From Phoronis australis (taxonomy: Eukaryota > Animalia > Phoronida): a stretch of 64,000 bases of DNA. Location of the stretch: contig NMRA01000231.1 of the NCBI GenBank assembly GCA_002633005.1, positions 438,082 through 502,081 of the forward strand. Direction: 5' to 3'. Shown piece after piece: positions 27,556 to 40,440 of the stretch (position 1 is its first letter; every line of letters starts with the position of its first letter). Both the position numbers and the translations under genes were made by a program. A model generated the notes under the pieces. The model was not told the origin of the DNA. It did no database searches and was given only the letters and a program-made list of their open reading frames with translations.

Positions 27556-30259
27556 CAAAGTTAAATAATATGTTGAGCTGTAAAGGTGGAGGACAACTGG
27601 CCGGACAAACAGCACTACGGGAGGTCCAATGAAGCAATGAAGGAATACACAAGTGTTGAACTAGAAAGATAAGTAACAATATGCGGAAGCAACACCGCAA
27701 CACCGGGACATCGACATGGGTAAATTAAGTGTAAAGAGAAGGAAAGAAAATTGTTTGAGGGAGGGAGCAAAATAGGAATTAAGTGAAAACTCGAACATCG
27801 CAGAGAAGTATGGACGGGTCCCAGTCGCGCGACAAAACAAAACGCTCAATTGGTACAATCAATTAAACCAATAATCGTCACTGACCCGACAATCCAAACA
27901 CTATGATAATGAGGACGAAAAAGTGTAGCTTACATAAAATAATTTAATCTCAACGTCCTTAGGGATTGTAAAACAGACAGTTGAGTGTACGACTTTTTCT
28001 AGACATTCGAGGAACGCAGAATACAACCCAGTATGCCTATAAGGCAACAGTGTTATCGTAATGAGCCTCGTTTTGGAGCACGCCTCCTGTAGGCGTGAAT
28101 AATGACATAGAGGCAAGGCTCGTGGGGGCCCTTCTAGGTGCAGGAGCGCTTCTTAGGGCGAATATGGTTTGTGCTTGACACTGGAATAGTGGCACTGAAA
28201 TAAACAACACAAGCAGGCACACCGACTGAGATGGCTAGTTTATCTGTTCTGCCTCCTGTTTATCTGACAAGTATGTAATGGCGTGACCCCAATATGGCGC
28301 TCCCCAGGTATTTGGCTGTTTCCGTAATGGAATCTGTCTATTAGTTTATTAATTTATTGATAGTGCGTGACCTGCTTCCTGACGAATACATTACGTTACT
28401 CCATGTGGAGAATTTCTCGCTTACACTTTTTACCTCTCTGAATCCATAAGCCCCAGGCATTTTTACCACCTCTATTAATTCACGCCCTTTGTATTGATGT
28501 AGATCTGAGCTAATGAAGTGGAAAGGTAATTGCTAGCACTACTTTCTTAACAGTGGTGGCCGTTATTACTCTCAAATTGTTTTTCTTTGGCGTTTGCACA
28601 GAGTTTAAGCCTGCAATACGGAGAGCAGTTTTAAGTAGGTACATTTTAAATTTTACAAAAAGACTAAAAAGTTGATTTGTGTTGATCTTGACAGAGGGCC
28701 ACTTCACAAAGGAACGTTGGTTTTTAAATTGTTTCATACGTGTTTTCATTACTTTATTTTAATACTTCTGTCTACTTGTTTTTTACCAGTTAGGGTTGCT
28801 ATCTTTTTATTTTGTGTTTAACCGAAGCACCAAAACAACTTAGAAGTCAGTTAATTGTGAACCCATCCCTAGATTCTCCAGATTACAGGTACACCAAACC
28901 TGTCACAGCAAACAAAGCTACACGTATCATTAGTTCAATTTTAATTTTTATTAGAAATAAAATCATAAAATATATACAAATGTACACAAATGGTGATAGC
29001 CAAATTGAAGATTTGGAAGCTCTAGACAATTCTGCTTGCAGGAACAACGTGACTATTCTAGCTTTTCCTCAGATATAAAAAATGAAATCACAGCTCTTTC
29101 CCACTGCTTGCACTCTCTTGTTGATTACAAAGCTAGCCATCTTAGTTGTCTTCACAGGTGTTCCATTACAATTACAAGCTAACTATCGAAATTGACGCAT
29201 TTCCGAGAAAAGCAGTTTTCCGTTTAGTGTACTATCCCTGGAGTAAAGTAGTTCGGAATGCACTGGGTCATAAGTGATGTTTAAAAAATTATTGACATCT
29301 AATTTAGTCACTGTGTTGTTTATAGATGTTTCAATGTACTTAGTTGTATATTGAAAGAATAATCCACGTGATATTGTTAACTCTGATAAGCGTTTGTACA
29401 TCACCGAGTATATCAATACGCAGTTGTTTTGTCTTTAATCGTACCCAATGTTTGTAGTTTTTAAAAATCGAAAACCAAACTTGGTTGTTATTTTTTCATC
29501 TGAATACAGCTGTGGTATTTGTTTCTAACGAAAATTGTTGGTAAATAAATTTTGAAAATTCACCAGTATGTGCAGGCAGAGGTGTTCACTACAGGCTAGG
29601 TAGGAATCAGTGGTTTTTAGCTACAGATTATAATCGCGTAATTGCACTTAACTAGGTCTGGCTCACACCGGACAATGCAGTCATCGCAACCAAGTCCGAC
29701 TCTGGCGCCGCGCTCTCTTTGATCCCGGTAAGAGCCGATCTGACGGACGAGTGGAAAAAAGTCACGCATATCTTTACAAATGCGTGACTTTCGTGTAAGA
29801 GTATTATTCACGGCATGTCTACAGCCATCTTGCATTGTCATTCTATATGTTGTCTAAACGAAAAATTGGTATTGTTGAAGAAGGCAAGTTTATATCCACA
29901 TGATCATACAGTCTTTACAACAGTAGGCACAAACGCATGATGCAGAATCTGAGGTTGCAGGTGACAAAAAGGCAATGACAAGGATTAACAACAGCTCTGA
30001 ATGCCTGCACGATGACTGTAGTGACATCTGTATGAAGACACTCAGTTTTAAAATCATTCTAAATCCTCTATGCAGAAAACTCAGACTTGTGTATATATGA
30101 ATCTGGAGCAGACATTGAGTCGACAGATGAAATCATACAAAGGCAAATTTAGAGGAGACGAGGGGCTCAGATCCCCTGATGGACTTGGAAGGGGTAACTA
30201 GACAAAATACTGGCTTACAATTATACTGATGGTTGTAAGACAAGTGTGTTGGTGGTTGT

Positions 30260-32115
30260 AAATCATTTGTGTCATGTGCACACGCAATAAGCCTTTTGAA
30301 ATAGACAAGCAAGTTCAGTGAAGGTAGTTTCTTGTGAAACTTGTTCTTGGTCATATAATATCCCAGTTGACCTATGTAACAACGGGTATTTGGTCCTGGA
30401 TGAGGAGATACATGTTTTATTATGACTATGAGTTTTGAATAGGCAAGCCTGGAATGCTGCATTAAGGGCATGAAAATAAATTGTTTTAGGGCAATCAAAA
30501 TAGGGTCTTTGGAAATAGTTATTGCTCTCCACACCAAAATGATACCCAAAATTTCAGCCAGCAACTGGAGATAGATTGCAGTTATACAAATGTAGTACAG
30601 TTGTATGGCAGTTGAAAAAATTCAAGTGCAAATTAGTAATTTACAACTGTTCTTTGCTCAACTGGACAAGGCAAGTTTAAATATTTTACGCCACACACAG
30701 CGATACACTTGCCTTGTTAGGATTGTGAATTGTGAGTTAAATAAAACGTGAAATGCCACTCCATGATTTATTAAGGGAATGAAGTGGTTTCTTCAGGCCA
30801 TCTGCTTCTATTACCTGCATGGGACTCCTCCGAAGAAGTTTGTATGGAGGATTCGTCTAAGCCACTCATTCTGAAAGTACAGATGACGATGAAAGGTTTA
30901 AATACTACAACTTGACCCGTTTTACACGGACCAATCACGAGATTTAAGAATGTACTTTACCTCATTTTGTCCTACCTTTACGCTTCAAACAACTTTCATT
31001 TACCAGTAGGTAAAATATGGCCGAGACAGTGCCATTCTAACATGAGAGCATCATAAGAGATTTATAACGAAACATTAGTATTGACGAAAACGCCGACTTA
31101 CATTAAAGCCCATAGCCCAATCTCTGTATTGGATACTCACCTCAAAAATTGAGCAATTCCATTACACGAGCAAACGTACAGATTTATATACCAATCATCC
31201 GACTTGGTTTTGTTTGGACCATGAACGCTGCATGTAACCCTTTTTCCAAACGTGAACAGTCTAAGACGGAAATACAGAGAAAACGTGGGTATCGATAATT
31301 AAATTTGCTTCAGTCTTGGCACACCTATTCTTTCTTTTTAAATTTAATGGAATAAGAGAGATCAACTTACGGTTACATGGACATGTGTACTGGTGCTCAG
31401 TCTCTTCATAACTGAAGAAAATAAAGAAACACTATTTAAATAGTCTCAAGTATAGCCATGTTGAACAAGAGTCACCATCCAGTATACTAACGACTACCCA
31501 CAGCGATATGAGCTTTCTAATAAAGGTATTGGCATGGCCAGGTGAGAGTGCGCAGCATGTCGCTCACACGTTCAATTAACTCTTGCCCCTCAACCTCCCC
31601 TGGAATATTCTTTTCACTGACTCCAACACTGCTTTGCTCGTTGAAATCAATTTAACAAGCGTAAATTACTAATCTGGGCCAACGTGAATCAGTATTTTTA
31701 AGTGCAACAAATCGCAGGACAAAAACTGAACGGCTGATCGAATTGTCTCTCTTTAAAATGATTCGTGTCTGATGCCGACTGAGATCAGTTACGCAGAAAA
31801 TGCTCCAACTTACTTGTCCATTGAAAGCCTTTTCATAGTTTTCACAACTCCGAGCATTTAATCTTGTCCTCATTGCTTCCCACCTTTCGAACCAGTCGCT
31901 TAGGTACACGGTTTGTTGGTTAATGCTGCTTTCTGTACTAATTCGAGTTTTTCCTAATCTTGTAGAGCAGGAGGATTGCGCTTCGCCTTCGGCCCTTCAC
32001 TAGCTGTGTCCGCCACTTGTATTTCTGTTGATCTCTGTGGTTCCGCATGCTTTTTGTTTTAAACTTAACGTCATACCAAAAATCAGCTAAAACGTATAAG
32101 TGGGAGCATAGGCCT
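30260..32115 (-). mobile_element. Degenerate Kolobok-like DNA transposon, copy 2
   Basis: Ends GGCCT|TTAA (32116-32119); homologous to 1430-3330; N-terminus ...TVYLSDWFERWEAMRTRL; FARVMELLNF fragment. Confidence 0.55.
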
Positions 32116-33901
32116 TTAAGTGTACCGTTTCGCTGGCAACTTTCCTACTTTTCAATAAATTTATAACAAGCTGCTAGCAAACCTAGTACATATCGATTTT
32201 CCATTGATGGGATTCCTATCAATATAAAAGAAATCGATATTTTGCCGATGTTTTTGTCTTGGGAGTTTCGTACATTTCTGATTCAAGTAACTTTTTTGAA
32301 AACCAATTTGTACCGCCTTAAATGTCCCAAAAATACTCGGGCTCTCTTCCAGAGAAATGGTTTTTTGTTAGATTCTGTGGTCCATGGAACGCATGGATTG
32401 CTTATAACGACGTTATCATACCAATTTAAGCTCACTAATTGTGAAAACTTCTGGCGACGCACCCAAAAGCACGATTGTAATTTACATATGTAAAAGGACT
32501 CTACTCAATTTAGGCCGAGTTAGCTCAAACAAGATGTTCTACAGTATGTATAAACCTGAATCTTCATGTATGAACAGTATACTGGGCTTAACTTCAACAA
32601 CCTTACACAAATTATGCTGAAACTGATTCCAAAGTCAATTCTTGGTCTTTTAAGACTACCGGAAGAGCAACCGTGCCAAATCAGTAGTTTTCACTCCAAC
32701 CCCACCACTTGCATGCAGTGTAAGTGATAACATAACTGGACAGTGGACGGACATCGAACGAGCTTGCCTAAAAGGGCCACGGATTGTCGGAAAAGAAAAT
32801 ACGTTAGAAAAAAGTCTCTGGTTTGGTAACTGGTTAATTGCTGATGGGATAATCAAGATGCAACAACAAATCAATGTTCAATATAGATGTATTTCATGCT
32901 ACAACAAGGTATTGTGTCTACTATGCAAAGGCGGATCCAGCAGGGTATGGTTTAGTAAAACTATGGATTTTAAAGAGAACTCTACAATACAAAAAGTGAG
33001 TAGAAAACCGATAATGAATGTTTATGTCGTCATCTCCTCGTTTAGAGGTCTTATAAACGATGGTTATGAGTAAAGAGCGAAGTGCGAATTTCATTGTGGG
33101 TGTGAAAGTGTTGACAATCGAATTTTACTCTATAATCAGATTCATTCAGAATATGAGAAAGTGGCCCAATTTTTGGCATTCTTGCAGGAACCTACATGTA
33201 TAGGTTTTCTTATGTACTTACATAACGACATGGTCAATGTATACCTTCCTTTAAAATCGGCTTTTGAAAATGTAACAAGACTTCCTATGAGTTTTGTTTT
33301 GACGAGACAAAATGCCATCACTATGTTTCATTGGGAAACTACTGAAAACAACAAATTGACAGCATGCGGTTCATGTTAGATTGATCTATCAAAATATTTT
33401 CAAAACTCTCCAGAGGAATTCCTGTCATATTTTTTTAGCTACTTGTAGAAACTACGTCGGGGTTTTTTGATAGGAAACTTCAAGGATTTTAATGACAAAT
33501 TAGAATAGGATTTTGTGTAAAGATGTCGTGGTATTTCTGATTTAAAACTTCTAGTCTAAAATGCACATCTTTCAAGAAATCCTGTTGTTTTCACTAGTAT
33601 ATCCCTAGGATATAAGCATCAATTTTCAAGACCAAGCGATGAAATAAGACGTTGCTGAAATCATTCAAAAATAATGTGAACAGCCAATAAAAGATCAACA
33701 GCTAACTTACAATTTCAATTCCTTACATTCAGTTTGTCTCAAAATAAACTCTTACCAAAATTGAACATGGCATAATGCATCCAAAAAGAAATAGTAACGA
33801 GTTAACTTCGGCATTTAAACATAAATGCTCTGAAATTGCAGGAATAAAGTTGAAATAAAAACTAAATTACCACGAGCATAGAGCAGATGTTTGCTAATAA
33901 A

Positions 33902-35136
33902 CTAATGAAACAGTTTTGGAATTTTGATTTTATGCATGACGTCCACAAAGTCATCGACTTCCTTTTGATCCTCTTGTTCTTCATGGAAACGCCATTCAGG
34001 CTCCTCTTCTTCTTTTTCTTGTTGTATACCAGCGATCCTGTCGTACTCCGAGACATCTGTCAATAAGCTCTTGGCTATATCGACAATCTCACCCCTGGAG
34101 CAATGGCCACCACCCGTTGCCAGCGTTACCCCAAAGCTTTCAAGACGACTGGTCATTGCCGACAGATTTTTTGCTTCTTGAGGATCAACTTTCGATTGTA
34201 AAACTTTCAAAAGCTCGGCATACGCGCCCAGTTGGACTGCCGCCTTCTCAATAGCCTCTTCGTTGTCAGCGGGTGCCTTTGACAATGAGAGCAACTCTTT
34301 TTGTGTAGACCGAAGCTTAACAACCAAACTGGCAAGTTGATCTCCGGTTTGAAACTTCTTCTTCTTTCCCCTTCCGACGTCGTTAATTTGATTTATAACA
34401 GCGAGTTGCTGCTGTGCTAGTTCTGCGAATTCAGGCGAATCAGCTTTGCTGCCAAGCTTTGTCAACTTTGAAGCCATGGTTTGAAGTTGTTGAGTAAATT
34501 TAGCCGCCTCTTTACCCTCACTGCCCCCGAGGTTTTTTGAAATCGCCACCGTGCTTTCACAAAGCCCCTCTAACTCTCTTTGCAACTCACCTACCTCAGC
34601 TTGCGAATTTTTTGTAGGATTTTTAGATATCAAAACCAACTTTCTTTGAATATCAAGCATCTGCTTATTCGCGAGAGCCATCTGGTCTTCTGGGGAGAGC
34701 AATTTCTTCTTCCCGTAAGCAATACCCACGCCCAAAACGCCCTCAATGGCACGGTCCAAACCGGAGACGACGTCTGCCATGTTGCCATATTCCGCACTCA
34801 TACTGTATTGAGTAAGTGAAGCAGCCACCTGGTCAACAAGTGTGTCATTAACTATGGACATCAACAACTTTCCTTCTTCACCCCCCAAAGTCTGTAGTGA
34901 CCCAGATAGTTCCTGACTACAGACCAAAATTTCCTCACGAATCTTGCTCATTTCAATGGAATGATCACCTTTAGAACTTGATAGTTGCTGAAGTTTCACT
35001 TTAAGTGAACGCATATGTTTGATGTTTCCTGGAATGACATCTTCTGGGGCTTGCTTTTTTCTTTCGCTCTTTGCAGCAGTACCTTTGGCAATTTGATGCG
35101 TGATAGACGCGCGCTTCTTTTTATCATAGGCAACAC
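33902..35136 (-). CDS. Probable last exon of the helical-repeat protein gene (three repeat units plus an acidic tail)
   Basis: Acceptor ttttcctag|GT at 35137; phase 1; open for 410 codons to the stop at 33902; repeats with GGEEG/GGSEG. Confidence 0.85.
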
Positions 35137-35809
35137 CTAGGAAAAAAAAACATGTAAACGTACATCAATGCGAGACCGCATGTAGGTGATAAAATGAGAG
35201 ACAACGCCTGAAGTGGTGCGATAGATGAACAGACGGCCGTTTCGGGCGAAACCACTTCACTGGACAGTGGGTACTAATAAAACGTGGGAAAATTTTATGA
35301 AAGGCAACCGGCAGCACCAATGGGAATCTTGGAAGATAAACAAAGTACCGAAGAGAGCTCCTAGAAGTAAAGAACTTTTATTTTTGGGGTTACTTTGATA
35401 TTAGAAACGGCAGGCAGATACTATTAAAAAGCTGATGATATTAGTATGGTCTTGTTTTCACATTTGAGTAATTGGGGGCGGAAGGAATTTGTTTGCACAA
35501 AATTATAAGGGTTGAATGTTTAATAATCAGACATAAATCATTGGAAATAATGATCTCTTAAAAACATAAATATATATCCAAATAATGCCGAAAGTTAATT
35601 TGTTACGTTGGAACCCAGTGTTTATATTGGCTAGAACTCTTGCAGCCGATTTCATAAAGGTGGTTTCAAGTTACACCTGGTTTAAATTGCACTTAGACAG
35701 GTTTAAAGATAATGGTTATTGTGTGCATTTGCGACGTAGTTTGAGAGAGAGACAACACTATTTTCAATTTTCAGTTTAACAGCGACAAAAGATTGGACGT
35801 ACAATGTAG

Positions 35810-35954
35810 CAGGGGCGAATCCAGGTTTTTTAAAGGGAAGGGGGCAATCGAGGATTGGGGTCCTAGTCAACAATTTGAAAACTATAGATTTGATATCACT
35901 AAAATCAAAGGAAAAAAGAGGGCCTGGACCACATGTCCCCTGGATCTGCCTATG
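35810..35954. mobile_element. hAT-like MITE, same family
   Basis: CAGGGGCGAATCCAGG...CCTGGATCTGCCTATG; flanks TGTAG/CGTAG. Confidence 0.7.
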
Positions 35955-38439
35955 CGTAGACCAATCGAGCAGAACGTCAACGCCGTGAGCTCTCCGGGTT
36001 TGAGCGAAGACGGCATCTTCTGAATGAGCTCCACATCCATCGAAAAAAAATGTTGGCATACATTATGTTGTGAGCAGGTGCTTTCATGTTTGTACGTCTG
36101 TTAGGCACAGACATTTCAAAATGTCTTCTCATTATATCCTAGATCTTCCACTGGGTACCTCACCGGTTCTCTTTGTTTTTTTTTTTCTGACCTTCATTTT
36201 TTAGTGATACCATTCAAAGGTTTGTCGCTGAAATTTTTCGATTTTTGGGACTGTGCATCCAGTATGAACAAATAAATCTCCAAGTCTGCCGCATGTGTTG
36301 ACTTGATTTGGCACCAGTTTTCTTGTTCTCTATACAAACATTGGCTGATCAGTTCTGGGAGGGAACATCTTTCCTCATGAGAAAAGCCGCTAGACCTTTT
36401 TGTAAATGACTGCATTCACTGACTCTACTGCTGTGTGCCATTTTATTCCCACATGATCAAGATTTCATTGAAGCACTTCAATAGTTCTTTTTGTTGGCTT
36501 AACCCCGGCAGATCGACATAGTGTGGTGGTTTTGATACTTTAAACCTACTTTTACAAAACGCAATCCCTGGTCTAACAAAAGCAGACGTTCAGACTTTTA
36601 AACGAAGTTGATGAAATTCAAATTAGGTCCAAAATTAGACCTGGTTTTGATAAACCACATCTATGGACACTGGTCTCTGTGTTTAATCTCCTGCATTGGT
36701 CTCATAATGGATGTTCACGAAAAAATATTGTTTGGAAACAATGATTAAAAGGTTCACAATGAAATTTTGACCAAGATCGAATGACTTCGTCTTAAAGGTC
36801 GGGTGAATTGCTCTTTCCATGTTAGTATCTAAGGCAGCTCAAAGTTAGCTAATGCGATGATAAAAAACATCGTTTTTGCTGTGTTGTTTGTCCGCTTAGT
36901 CATGGTATTTACACAGAGCAATTGAAATAAGCCATTGACTTTCTGAAAACTATTACTACTATAAAAACAGAATAACGCCGAAAATGGTCACACTTTCTGC
37001 AAATATAACCATGATGAAATATTCGTCTATTATCGACTGAAATTCATTTGATTCCCGACTAATTGTCGACAAAATTGCGACAACTTACTCTACATGTACA
37101 TTCATGGATAAAAAATATCGGTTTGGAACAATGGAATAGCATTAAACTTCGACATGAGTTCAACTTAATTGCAAAATAATTCTGGCGCGATGTTTTTACA
37201 AGTTTGGCAGAATTTGACAAAATTCTGAAGAAGCCTGTAGTACATTTTGAAAATTACAGTACGACAAAATCAATGACACAACTTCGTCGCACAATTAACA
37301 ACTATAACCGCAATGTTGTCTTGAATGCAAACGCCCAGGACGCTAAATCTTTTAGCATTAAAAAAAAACTGACAGAAAACACCGAGACTAATGAAGAAAC
37401 AAGTCACCAGGCAATGGGAATGCAGGCTAAATTTGAAACTGAAACTAGAGGAAAACAAAGAGCTGAAATCCTTTCGCGACTGCTCGCCAAAGCGGCGTGC
37501 TTCTAGAGTCGTTAATACTAATTTAAAAACGGCTACACGTACATAGTGGCCCAGAAATTGTAAAACTCGTACATGTATATACAATAGGTCACACATTTTC
37601 TTAATAGAAATCTATTTGTCAATTTCATGAAAATCAGTTCATGAACTCCAAAGATTGTGTCGCAAACGTAAACCAATCGAAATTGTGCTATACATGTATA
37701 CGATGTAGATCCATATTTTACAAAAATCCTGCAAAGGGATTAAGTAAAACACGCATTCGTTAGGGCGCATTTAAAATCACTATGGACTAAGTACATGTAT
37801 TAATCAGGAAATCATGCAAGGCCAGCCACTTTGAACATGTCCCGTTTCCTTGCACCAAATCGCTGGATACACCAGTGATAAATTTAGAATATCTCTAATT
37901 TCTAATTGTGTACAATGTTCAGGATTTAATGTGTCCCTTGATAATAGATTGCTTGTCATTACCACCGGTTAAAAGAGGTGATTTTAGCCGGTTAAAGCAA
38001 CACAGTCTTCGCCAGGGGTCTTTGCCGCACAACTGAAACTAAAGTCTGTCTTGGTATCTCCTTGTAAATGATTTTCAATACATTCACAATTTGACAGGAT
38101 GTGTTACACTGTATAGTAGCTTTACTTTTTATTTTTTGATAGTTATTGTTCGAAACGAGAGTGAAGCCCTGTTAAGGTGGTAAATATTAGTACGAGATAG
38201 AGTTGCTTAGTTACTTTTTTAACTTTGGAAAAATAATTGCAACATATATAATCATTAGAATGCACTGTAAATTTTGTCCATAATGTGTTCCCCCCACACA
38301 CACAAACACACACACTCACGAAAGTTAGGTTACAACAACCCAGTCCACTAGGAGTTGTTGCAGTCATCAATGATTTTAAACGCGTGTGATTTTAATTAGT
38401 GGGTAGGTTTACAATTAATATTATCAAAAGAGATTAGAG

Positions 38440-38750
38440 CAATTATATTTTCTGTAGAAGAGAATGACCATGTCATCAGACAAAATAGCAAAAAAGAACT
38501 AATCAGGTGTCTCAAATCTAATCAATAAATCGTCGAATAGATTTTTCTTATGTTGAGCAAAAGCATGAAAAGAACTTCACACCAGTGCAAAAGCAGGTAA
38601 CCGAAAACGTTGACTATCGCCATTGTCCAAAAAAGCCTTGTTACAGTGAAGTTACAGTGTTTGTAACCTCTGAATTTCTGTGTTCCATTTAAGGAAACTT
38701 TGAACATTGTTGATCAGGTTGTACCTATGTATAAATATCTCAAATTTTGT
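38440..38750 (-). mobile_element. Decayed L1-type RT fragment
   Basis: Minus-strand fragments KVSLNG...EVL... and ILSDDMVIL resemble L1 RT domains 4-5. Confidence 0.4.
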
Positions 38751-39980
38751 AAAATTTAACACCTATAAAGTATGTTTTCCGAAAGATGAATAAATATTCT
38801 GACAAAATGTGTTATTCTCATTTACTTGTCCTGGTGTTTCCACAAGATATGGGTTTTTGATAATTTGCTTTGACGTTGAACGCAAAAATAAAAAATACTG
38901 CTCCTCCATTCGTTTTGGTCTTTTGTCAATACGTACATTGCATTTTCGAGGGAGCCACTTTTTAGAGTATTTTAATCGAAAACAAGGACCTAAATCGAGG
39001 TTCCGAGACTCGTTTCCCCTCGGAGGGAAACAGATAACAAGTATTCGAAATTTCACAGGAATAAGTTCAGGCATTGGCGAAAAATTGATGCTCAAAAAAT
39101 TGAAATAAACTCCAAAATCGCAACGCTAGAAATCAGCAATAACGCACTACAGTGATCGAGAATTGCACATTAGCACCGATATCACAACTTTCAGGAATTT
39201 TTTATGTAACATATATTTATTATAATATTAAGACATTTCACAATACAAAGAAGTAGTAAAAGACATACACGCAAGCACACATACATCACAAGCACACTCC
39301 GGGATCAGAAATATCGCCAAAGACGAAAATTAAACAGATAAAAATATGAATCATTGGGGTCCACCTTTCAACGAATAAGTCATGTTGACAGTTACTTTAG
39401 AAAATTACTTTTTCAAGCTTGTGATATCTAGAAAATTCTTTTTTGAGTCTCTGCAAACATGGAACACTAGAGCTTATTTTCGCTTTATAAATATGATACT
39501 TTACCAAACATATAACCAAATTAATAGCATGTTCGGCATTATGCCGTCCAAACAAAACCTCATGTAAAATCAGTTCTAGTGATTCCCGGTTTTCGTTTAC
39601 AGGCACCCAAAAAATTTAAATCATTGCACATGACCAATACAAGTGAACAAGATCTTCAGACTCAGTATTACCAAAAGAACACAAACGTGAACTTGTTACA
39701 CCAGTTTTCTGTGATATCAGTACTAATAGGTCTGTGAAGAAATCTTGTTTGAAATCACCTCAGTTTTGTATCCATAGTAAAATTAACTGCCAATATATTA
39801 CATTTCCGCCACAATTCCGACTGCAATATTTAAATAATTTTCCCATTTAATCACATAGTTAGTTTTTTATACAAAGGCATGATTGTACGATTGCAAACAG
39901 TTTAGCCTACATTAGTGCACTTCTAAAACAGTCAAAACAAAATGAGAACAACGAGGAAGAATAGCTTAAAATGCATCGCC

Positions 39981-40440
39981 AGTAGTAGAGTAAAAGGTTT
40001 TGAGGCCCGTTTTTGCGGGACCTCGGTCAAAGGTCATGAATCCGAAGGGAAATGTCAAAGGTCACATGGGATGGATGCAATCTGAAGGAACATCATCTTA
40101 CTACCGGACGGAAGTGTCAATGACGTCACAGCTTATTGTATATTAGGTTTAACTATACCCGTAAGGGAGGCACCTCGATCCAAGGTCAATGTCATATGTG
40201 TCACCGGTAAACCCGACGACCCATGTCGAGGTGTATCGTTGAACTCGTTACCAACTTGACTGTTTACGTAACGCACATGATTGATCGCCACATCGGCGCA
40301 CCCGTTTCACTTCCACAATACCTTACACGCAATAAAAACATATGGATGATGGCAAGAGACGGACACGGGCGATACGACGATCGGTTCTCTTTCTTTCGCT
40401 GTCTGGCCGCTCGTAGACTGCGATCTCGAAAGGGTTCAGA
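39981..40440 (+). mobile_element. Polinton/Maverick terminal fragment with a pPolB N-terminal remnant
   Basis: Begins AGTAGT with repeated AAGGTCA motifs; ORF fragment IGAPVSLPQYL..NKNI...YDDRFSFFRCLA resembles the Polinton pPolB N-terminal motif. Confidence 0.6.

Noticed and set aside
28051-28400. Possible solo LTR
   Set aside because: TG...CA ends are ambiguous and no TSD was found.
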